Below are positions 26,295-33,082 of a stretch of DNA of 33,082 nt, in pieces (within the stretch, counting starts at the first letter, position 1; the number at the start of each line of letters is the position of its first letter). Source of the DNA: an uncultured Chlamydiae bacterium (lineage in GTDB: Bacteria > Chlamydiota > Chlamydiia > Chlamydiales > SM23-39); assembly GCA_903909295.1 (NCBI GenBank), contig CAIVVG010000179.1, forward strand, positions 1 to 33,082, given 5' to 3'. Below the pieces are notes generated by a model. The model was not told the DNA's origin. It saw nothing but the letters and a program-made list of their open reading frames with translations, and ran no database searches. A program made the position numbers and the translations under genes.

Positions 26295-27665
26295 ATGATC
26301 GAAGCGATTCGGCGTATTTTCAGTATTCCAGAGCTCAGAGCAAAGATCTTTTTTACATTGATCTTGCTCGCGGTTTGCCGCGTAGGTGCCTACGTTCCAG
26401 TACCGGGAATCAACGCCGACGCTGTGATTGAACTCTTTAAATTCGCCACCGGCGGCGGACAGAATCTGTTCCAGCTGATGGACATTTTTTCAGGGGGCGC
26501 CTTTGCAAAAATGACGCTCCTCGCCCTCGGCGTCATGCCCTACATCCAAGCCTCTATCGTCCTCCAGCTCCTCATGGCTGTAGTTCCCTCCCTGCAGCGA
26601 GAAATCAAGGAGAGCCCCGACCAAGGACGTCGCAAGTTCTCTCGTTGGACTCGCCTCACTACCCTTGTTTTAGCCCTGGTGCAAGCTGGTTTTTTTGCCC
26701 GCTTTGCCGTCCGGATGAACCTCAGCACCCCCGGAATTATTTTCCCCGAGTTGTTTGATGTTCAGCTGTTTGGAGCTCCTTGGCTCTTCTACCTAGCTGT
26801 GATGGTTTCTATGACTGCAGGTACCTTATTCCTGATGTGGGTAGGGGAGCAGATCACTGAAAAAGGGGTTGGCAACGGAATGAGCCTCATTATCGCAGTG
26901 GGAATTCTCGCCTCTTTGCCTAGCACAGTGGGCGCGATCATCAAGCAACTCAACCTCGAATCCCAAGATCCAGGGCAACTTACATTTCCTGCCCTCATCG
27001 TCCTTTGCGCCCTCTTTGTCCTCATCACGGTAGGGACGATCCTCGTGATCCAAGGACAGCGCAAAATCCCCCTTCAATATGCAAGGCGCGTCGTAGGCCG
27101 CCAGGAAGTCCAAGGAGGAACCTCGCACATTCCCCTCAAAGTGAACCATGCCGGCGTAATTCCCGTCATCTTCGCCTCCTCGCTCCTCATGCTCCCTTCC
27201 ACCATTGGCCAATTTTTGGGCAAGGGCACCTGGCTCGGCCAGCTCTCCCTTTACCTCTCTCCCGGCGCCTTGGTATACACTATTTTTTATGTCCTCCTGA
27301 TCCTCTTTTTCACCTACTTTTGGACAGCGACACAGTTTAAACCTGAGCAAATTGCCTCAGATATGAAGAAGAATGGAGCCTTTATCCCCGGTATCCGCCA
27401 GGGAAGGCCCACCCAAGATTTCCTCGAATCGACCATGAGTCGGATCACATTAGCTGGAGCCATTTTCTTGGCCCTGATTGCGATCCTCCCCTCCCTGGTC
27501 GGAACTCTGATGGGAGTCGATGCAAATATCAGCCAATTTTTTGGAGGAACATCCCTTCTTATCTTGGTAGGAGTTATTTTAGATACAACGAAACAGATTG
27601 AGTCTCATCTACTTATGAAGCGCTATGAAGGATTTATGACGAAAGGGCGTTTACGTGGTAGGTAG
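26295..27665 (+). CDS. secY: Preprotein translocase subunit SecY
   Basis: Ten-TM profile with [16 protein letters not shown] and [17 protein letters not shown]. Confidence 0.96.
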   Translation: MIEAIRRIFSIPELRAKIFFTLILLAVCRVGAYVPVPGINADAVIELFKFATGGGQNLFQLMDIFSGGAFAKMTLLALGVMPYIQASIVLQLLMAVVPSLQREIKESPDQGRRKFSRWTRLTTLVLALVQAGFFARFAVRMNLSTPGIIFPELFDVQLFGAPWLFYLAVMVSMTAGTLFLMWVGEQITEKGVGNGMSLIIAVGILASLPSTVGAIIKQLNLESQDPGQLTFPALIVLCALFVLITVGTILVIQGQRKIPLQYARRVVGRQEVQGGTSHIPLKVNHAGVIPVIFASSLLMLPSTIGQFLGKGTWLGQLSLYLSPGALVYTIFYVLLILFFTYFWTATQFKPEQIASDMKKNGAFIPGIRQGRPTQDFLESTMSRITLAGAIFLALIAILPSLVGTLMGVDANISQFFGGTSLLILVGVILDTTKQIESHLLMKRYEGFMTKGRLRGR

Positions 27666-27712
27666 GTCTTGTATTTTAACCAGTTTACATGTTATTTTAG
27701 ACGGAAGGAATT

Positions 27713-28081
27713 ATGCCTAGAGTGATTGGAGTCGACATTCCAGATAATAAGCGGCTGGAAATAAGTTTAACGTACCTCTTTGGGATTGGGCGCAGGCTCT
27801 CAAACCAGATTATCGTGAAGCTCGGGCTGAGCAAAGATATGCGCGCTCGTGAGCTGACCGAAGATCAGATCGCCCAGTTGAGTGCTCTTTTGCAGTCTGA
27901 ATATCTCGTAGAGGGAGATTTACGCCGTCAAGTGCAAAATAACATCAAGCGCTTGGTGGGGATTCATTGCTATCGTGGCTTGCGCCACCGCGTAGGATTG
28001 CCTGTACGAGGTCAGAGAACCCGTACAAATTCTCGTACCCGCAAAGGGAAACGAAAAACTGTTGCCAATAAGAAAATCTAA
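27713..28081 (+). CDS. rpsM: 30S ribosomal protein S13
   Basis: [14 protein letters not shown] and [18 protein letters not shown]. It lies 47 nt after secY, so no adk, map, infA or rpmJ lies between them. Confidence 0.95.
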   Translation: MPRVIGVDIPDNKRLEISLTYLFGIGRRLSNQIIVKLGLSKDMRARELTEDQIAQLSALLQSEYLVEGDLRRQVQNNIKRLVGIHCYRGLRHRVGLPVRGQRTRTNSRTRKGKRKTVANKKI

Positions 28082-28097
28082 GTAGAGGAGACGAGTT

Positions 28098-28511
28098 TTG
28101 GCTAAGCAAGAAACAAAGGCCCCTGTTAAGAAAGTGGCGAAAGTGAAGAAGAAAGTACAGCGTTCTGTACCTGCAGGAATCGCCCACGTGTTGGCGACAT
28201 TCAATAACACCATTGTTACGATCACCGACCTAGCAGGGAACGTCGTCTCTTGGTCTTCAGCGGGCAAAGCGAATTTTGCTGGCTCTCGTAAGTCCTCTGC
28301 TTTCGCTGCTACGGTAGCGGCACAGAACGCGGGGAAAGAGGCAGCCGCCGTAGGGATGCGCGAATGTGAAGTGAATCTGAATGGACCAGGAGCGGGACGT
28401 GAGTCTGCTGTTCGCGGCCTTCAGAGCGCAGGCCTCGGCATTAGCATCATCCGCGACAAGACCCCTGTTCCCCATAACGGGTGCAGACCGCGCAAGCGCA
28501 GACGTGTATAA
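28098..28511 (+). CDS. rpsK: 30S ribosomal protein S11
   Basis: TTG start. [18 protein letters not shown] and [13 protein letters not shown]. Confidence 0.95.
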   Translation: MAKQETKAPVKKVAKVKKKVQRSVPAGIAHVLATFNNTIVTITDLAGNVVSWSSAGKANFAGSRKSSAFAATVAAQNAGKEAAAVGMRECEVNLNGPGAGRESAVRGLQSAGLGISIIRDKTPVPHNGCRPRKRRRV

Positions 28512-28539
28512 GAGATCATAATCAGAGAGGAGTTCTAAC

Positions 28540-29640
28540 ATGGTCATCAAGTATGGCAAGTTTCAAATGCCAGAAAAAATCAAATTGGACGAAGCAAGTC
28601 AGACTGCGACATTTGCTAAGGTTATCATAGAGCCTTTTGAGCGCGGCTTTGGCCACACTCTGGGGAACGCTCTTCGCAGAATCATGTTAGCTTCTCTGGA
28701 AGCCCCCGCGATCTTATCTGTGAGGATCGAAGGCGTTTCTCATGAGTACATGGCGATCGAAGGGGTCATCCAAGATATGACTCACATCATCCTCAATTTC
28801 AAAGGGTCCCTGCTTCGCCGCCACACAGCTGGTGACGACAAGCACCCTCGCGATATTGAGTTAGTCACAACGATGCTCGAAGTGACCGATGAGATGTTGG
28901 AAAAAGGGGGAGGCTCCTATAAAGTGACTTTGAAAGATGTGATGGGCACTGCCGATTTCGAGATTGTCAACCCTCATCACCATATCTTCACCGCGACTAA
29001 GCCGATGCGCAAGCGCATTGATATCCGCGTGGGATCAGGCCGTGGTTACGTCCCTTCCGAAAGACATAGCAGCTTTGAGCTGATGGTCGACGAAATCGTT
29101 GTCGACACCGCCTTTTCACCTGTCCGCCTCGTCAACTACTACGTAGAAAATACCCGCGTCGGCCAAGATACAGACTACGACCGCCTGATTTTGGAAGTGA
29201 CCACCGATGGTAGAGTCACCCCGATTGAAGCGCTCAATTTTGCTGCGCAGATCGGCATTCTCCACTTCCAAGTGTTCGATGGCATTAAGACCCATTCGAT
29301 CCACTTTGATAAAGGGGAAATGCAGATGAACCGCGATCGCGATGAAGTGCTGCAAAAACTCTCCTTGCGCATCGATGAGATCGAATTGTCAGTCCGTTCT
29401 ACCAACTGCCTCTCCAATGCGAACATCGACACGATTGGCGAACTGGTAGTAATGCCTGAGTCAGATATGCTCCGGTTCCGCAATTTTGGAAAGAAATCGC
29501 TGACAGAGATCAAGCAAAAACTGGACGAGCTCGGCCTCAGCCTCGGCATGGATTTAGCCAAGTACGGCATCCACCGCGATAATATTAAACAAGTCATTGA
29601 ACAATACGCTCAAGAGAAAGCAGGAGCTACTGAAGCATGA
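28540..29640 (+). CDS. rpoA: DNA-directed RNA polymerase alpha subunit
   Basis: GFGHTLGNALRRIMLASL in the N-terminal domain and ELSVRSTNCLSNANI...FGKKSLTEIK in the C-terminal domain. It directly follows rpsK, so no rpsD lies between them. Confidence 0.95.
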   Translation: MVIKYGKFQMPEKIKLDEASQTATFAKVIIEPFERGFGHTLGNALRRIMLASLEAPAILSVRIEGVSHEYMAIEGVIQDMTHIILNFKGSLLRRHTAGDDKHPRDIELVTTMLEVTDEMLEKGGGSYKVTLKDVMGTADFEIVNPHHHIFTATKPMRKRIDIRVGSGRGYVPSERHSSFELMVDEIVVDTAFSPVRLVNYYVENTRVGQDTDYDRLILEVTTDGRVTPIEALNFAAQIGILHFQVFDGIKTHSIHFDKGEMQMNRDRDEVLQKLSLRIDEIELSVRSTNCLSNANIDTIGELVVMPESDMLRFRNFGKKSLTEIKQKLDELGLSLGMDLAKYGIHRDNIKQVIEQYAQEKAGATEA

Positions 29641-30065
29641 GACACGGAAATCGGACATTTAAAATTGGCCGCACAGGCGCCCACCGCCGCAGTATGATCG
29701 CAAACATGTTGAAATCGCTCATCATGCACGGACGGATTGAAACGACAGTGACCAAAGCAAAAGCCCTCCGCCGCTTTGCTGATCAGATCATCACAGTTGC
29801 AAAAGGGGACAATGGACTTACAGCGCGCCGCACCGCGATCGCAGAACTGAAAGTCTCTTTCAATCCTTTGACACCCAAAGAAGCGCGCGCCGCCAAGAAA
29901 GGGGACACAAGCGCCTATGCGAGAGATCGTCTCGTGATCAATAAACTATTTGGAGAGCTACGAGAACGTTTCGCGACCCGCAATGGCGGTTACACGCGCA
30001 TCATTCGCGGAGCGGATCGCATTGGAGATAGCGCTCCCAAGTGCTATATTGAATATATCCAATAA
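29637..30065 (+). CDS. rplQ: 50S ribosomal protein L17
   Basis: [24 protein letters not shown] and GGYTRI. It overlaps the rpoA stop as ATGA. Confidence 0.95.
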   Translation: MRHGNRTFKIGRTGAHRRSMIANMLKSLIMHGRIETTVTKAKALRRFADQIITVAKGDNGLTARRTAIAELKVSFNPLTPKEARAAKKGDTSAYARDRLVINKLFGELRERFATRNGGYTRIIRGADRIGDSAPKCYIEYIQ

Positions 30066-30091
30066 CTCTCCACTTCTATAGACTGGGGCTG

Positions 30092-31102
30092 ATGAAACGA
30101 CGAATAGCGATCAACGGATTTGGACGCATAGGGCGGCTCGTTTTACGCCTCAGCCTACAGAGACCTGATATAGAGGTTGTTGCAATCAACGACCTCGTTC
30201 CTCCAGACAATCTCGCCTATCTCTTTAAACACGATACGGTCCATGGAACGTATGAGCGCTCTGTTTCTTCGGAAGCAGACGCCCTCATTATCGATGGGCA
30301 CCGCATTGCGGTATCGGCAGAAAAAGATCCCACTCGCCTTCCCTGGAAGAAGCACAACATCGATTATGTTGTGGAGTCCACGGGGCGATTTACCCATTTA
30401 GAAGATGCTCAGCAGCACCTTACAGCTGGGGCCAAGCGCGTGCTCATCACGGCGCCAGGCAAAGATTCTATGCCCACCTACGTGATGGGCGTGAATCATA
30501 CGAAGTACAATCCCAAGACCGATTTTGTTCTCTGCAATGCCTCTTGCACGACCAATTGTCTAGCACCCCTTTGCAAAGTACTGGTCGATCAATTTGGGAT
30601 TGAAGAAGGGCTGATGACCACCGTGCATTCCCTCACGGCCAGCCAACCCTCGGTAGACGGCCCATCTCACAAAGATTGGCGCGGCGGCCGAGCAGCGAGT
30701 CAAAATATTATCCCCTCGAGCACAGGCGCTGCGAAAGCGGTGATCCTCTGCCTTCCTGAACTGAAAGGCAAACTCACGGGGATGGCATTTCGAGTTCCTA
30801 CACCTGATGTATCCGTAGTCGATCTCACAGTGCGACTCAGCCGAGACACGACCTATGAAGAAATCGGGCAAGCAATGGACCAAGCCTCCCAGACCTATTT
30901 GAAAGGGATCCTCGCCACGACGGACGAGCAGCTTGTTTCCTCAGATTTTATTGGTAATCCCTATTCCTGCATCTATGACAAGTTAGCAGGCATTGGGCTC
31001 AATCGTCGATTTTTTAAATTAATTGGTTGGTACGACAACGAGTGGGGCTATTCGCTCCGCGTAGTCGACCTGCTGGAGTACATGGCTACGAAAGAACAAT
31101 GA
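30092..31102 (+). CDS. gapA: Glyceraldehyde-3-phosphate dehydrogenase
   Basis: [16 protein letters not shown]-binding motif, the catalytic motif SCTTNCLAP, and WYDNEWGYS. Confidence 0.95.
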   Translation: MKRRIAINGFGRIGRLVLRLSLQRPDIEVVAINDLVPPDNLAYLFKHDTVHGTYERSVSSEADALIIDGHRIAVSAEKDPTRLPWKKHNIDYVVESTGRFTHLEDAQQHLTAGAKRVLITAPGKDSMPTYVMGVNHTKYNPKTDFVLCNASCTTNCLAPLCKVLVDQFGIEEGLMTTVHSLTASQPSVDGPSHKDWRGGRAASQNIIPSSTGAAKAVILCLPELKGKLTGMAFRVPTPDVSVVDLTVRLSRDTTYEEIGQAMDQASQTYLKGILATTDEQLVSSDFIGNPYSCIYDKLAGIGLNRRFFKLIGWYDNEWGYSLRVVDLLEYMATKEQ

Positions 31103-31147
31103 CAATGCCACTCCACAACACAAACACTTTAAATTACGGAATATCTA

Positions 31148-31855
31148 GTGAATTTTACACGCGAACCCATTATAGAAACAGTCATCACTCCGCGGGAGGG
31201 ATGTAAACTGATTGTCCGCAGCAGCAAAGGCAATGGACAAGAAGATTATTTTGTTGATGCAGTAGAAGTGGTCTCTTTTGGCCATTCTTTCTTTTTCCGC
31301 TCTACCGAGCGCCCTAAATCCTTCCTAGTCCCCGTTAGCGACTATGAGATTTTGGAGCTCAAGGAGACCCGTATGATTTTGAAAAACGTCTCTACAGAGC
31401 GTTCCATCAAAATTGGCGGCGGAAGAGAAGCGCCTCCCCGTCGAGAAGTCCATCACGCCCCCAGCGACTCTACTGAGGAGCCCTCTGAAGGAAGCGCCCC
31501 CTCAGAGCAACGTTCCCCTCAGCAACAGGGCAATAAACAACGGGATCGCCGCCGCCGAGGCCGACGTGGCCGCGACCGCAACGACCGCCCCCCAATGGAC
31601 GATCAGCAACAACAGCGAGCCCCGCTTCCTGAAGGGACCAGCGAGCCTACCCCCATGGACCAGCAGCCTGCTGCCCCAGCGGAGCCCGTTAAAGCCCCCT
31701 CGTTCATTTCGAAACTGTTTCCCCCTCCTTCGACGCTTATTAAGGAGACTCTCAGCCGTTACAAGCCTGTGGAAGCGCCCGTCCAGCCCCCCGCAGTGAC
31801 CCAAGACGAGCCAGTTTCAGAGTCATCTTCTGAAGAGACTGACGACGAGGAGTGA
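31148..31855 (+). CDS. Hypothetical protein with a roughly 90-aa folded-looking N-terminal domain and a roughly 140-aa low-complexity tail
   Basis: GTG start with no ATG nearby. The N-terminus is NFTREPIIETVITPREGCKLIVRSS...YEILELKE. The tail contains RDRRRRGRRGRDRNDR, Q/P-rich runs, and an acidic end SESSSEETDDEE. I recognise no family. Confidence 0.55.
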   Translation: MNFTREPIIETVITPREGCKLIVRSSKGNGQEDYFVDAVEVVSFGHSFFFRSTERPKSFLVPVSDYEILELKETRMILKNVSTERSIKIGGGREAPPRREVHHAPSDSTEEPSEGSAPSEQRSPQQQGNKQRDRRRRGRRGRDRNDRPPMDDQQQQRAPLPEGTSEPTPMDQQPAAPAEPVKAPSFISKLFPPPSTLIKETLSRYKPVEAPVQPPAVTQDEPVSESSSEETDDEE

Positions 31856-31865
31856 AACTAATCTA

Positions 31866-31893
31866 GGTGGGGGTTGCCTCAATTTCCCCCACC
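31866..31893 (+). terminator. GC-rich stem-loop after the hypothetical gene: putative terminator
   Basis: An 8-bp stem ggtggggg (31866-31873) / cccccacc (31886-31893) with a 12-nt loop. The T-run (ctcttttt) begins only about 15 nt later. Confidence 0.4.
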
Positions 31894-31915
31894 GATTACA
31901 ATAGATTCTCTTTTT

Positions 31916-31999
<84 letters not shown>

Positions 32000-32289
32000 T
32001 TTTAATAATCAATACGTTACGAGACCTCTTTGGAAATGCTAGTTTTCAACGGCTGCTGTTTGTCCAACCCCTGTCCAACTTTTCTTGGTGGTCGTGTGCA
32101 AAGAATTGAGTTCTGACCTTGAAATGAAATACTGAAAAAACTCTTCCTTTTAAGGCACCCGACGACCAACCCACGATTGGGATTCTTTACTGCAAAAGGA
32201 AAAGCAAGATCAAAGTTGAGTAGGCCTTTCGCAACTCAAGAAGCTCGATAGGATAGCGAGTTATAAGACCAAGATCTTTAAGAGTCCAT

Positions 32290-32964
32290 CTAAGAAGCTA
32301 GAATCAAGCCTCTCAACGATACAACACGGGCTGTGGGTCCCAATTCCTTGGCCACTTCAAGTGCCAAATGAACCTCCGAACCTGTGGCTAAAAGTAGGTA
32401 GTCGACTTGATCACCTATTTCTTTTTGTAAAATGTAGGCTCCACGTCCAACCCCTTCTGCATAGGATCTAGAAGAAAGTTCATTTATTGGCTGTCGAGAA
32501 AGAATAATAGCTGATGGTCCCTCGTGTAAAAGGGCTGCCAACCAAGACATCTTCACTTCATTTGCATCGGCAGGCCGCAAAACCAAAAGTCCCGGAATAG
32601 CGCGAAGAGACGCAATCTGCTCAATGGGTTGATGAGTGGGGCCATCAGGACCAATGAAAATCGAATCATGCGTCAGTTGATAAATTACTTTGAGCTGCAT
32701 CAAGCTGGTCATTCGGATAGCACTACGCATATAGTCTACGAACCCAAGAAACGTCCCTATGAATGGAATGATCGATCTGTCTAAAGCCATTCCAGCGGCA
32801 ATGCAGGCCATTCCGAATTCCCGGACTCCATATTTGATATTGCGCCCCTCAAACTGCCCCGTTTGGATGAGCCCATATTTTTCTAAGTAAGTCCCATCTG
32901 AAGAGGATAAATCAGCAGAACCACCTATCAATTGAGGAAGAAGAGCTGCCAGCACCTGAAGCAC
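32290..32964 (-). pseudogene. tkt: Transketolase fragment: central pyrimidine-binding domain only
   Basis: LIGGSADLSSS, YGVREFGM, THDSIFIGPDGPTHQPIEQIASLRAIPG and LLLATGSEV match the middle of full-length transketolases. About 340 N-terminal and 90 C-terminal residues are missing. An in-frame TGA lies 3 codons upstream of the GTG, and similarity is lost after VVSL. Confidence 0.7.
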
Positions 32965-33019
32965 GAGATATTGTCAAAAGTTGTGTTTCAGGCCTGAGCA
33001 TACCCTCTGATTTTCCCTC

Positions 33020-33082
33020 TTAAGCAACCTGTTCTTTCGTAATCACTTCTTCGCCATCTTTGAACTTGACCCCTGCCACGAT
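33020..33082 (-). CDS. 3' end (last 20 codons) of an unidentified minus-strand gene running off the window
   Basis: An open frame from the window edge reads ...IVAGVKFKDGEEVITKEQVA and ends at TAA (33022..33020). It is not transketolase-like. Too little sequence is present to identify it or even to be sure it is coding. Confidence 0.25.
   Translation of the reverse strand: MVAGVKFKDGEEVITKEQVA

Noticed and set aside
32000-32289. A possible tyrosine-recombinase N-terminal remnant on the minus strand (KEEFFQYFISRSELNSLHTTTKKSW)
   Set aside because: It is only a vague resemblance to the XerC/D-type FLEYL...T motif. The frame is 36 codons between stops, so there is not enough to call anything. 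It is mentioned only as something for BLASTX to test.

Overview
This is a mostly core-genome window, and its gene order looks chlamydial. That assignment is inferred from synteny recalled from memory, since no search was possible. By eye the sequence is about half G+C.

Plus strand, in order:
- dnaE
- a BamD-like TPR protein and an LptE-like lipoprotein
- rsbW
- a dacC/dacF-type D,D-carboxypeptidase
- a DoxX protein
- lnt-lpxC-fabZ-lpxA-fmt
- a two-gene variable slot holding an Inc/Cap1-like membrane protein and a tandem-SLBB ComEA-like protein
- a compact 23-gene block rplC...rplO-secY-rpsM-rpsK-rpoA-rplQ
- gapA
- a hypothetical protein with a long disordered tail
- tRNA-Leu(UAA)

Minus strand:
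- a flavodoxin-like FMN reductase with an apparent signal peptide
- a small ORF whose stop codon overlaps that of rsbW
- an rsmB / parvulin-SurA-like / rsmA operon
- past the tRNA, a transketolase fragment and the last 20 codons of an unidentified gene

Many starts are non-ATG (GTG or TTG), and many adjacent genes overlap by 1-11 nt.

I see no CRISPR array, no intact mobile element, and no recognisable defence or toxin system, so I cannot point to a clearly novel multi-gene system here. The items most worth a second look are:
- a roughly 150-nt structured element bounded by a 14-bp inverted repeat, directly upstream of dnaE
- the Inc-like plus SLBB gene pair between fmt and rplC
- the decayed, lower-GC region downstream of tRNA-Leu
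- a hairpin repeat with a variable poly-C tract present twice in the window
- nested inverted repeats at the junction of the BamD-like and lipoprotein genes
- the apparently exported flavin reductase
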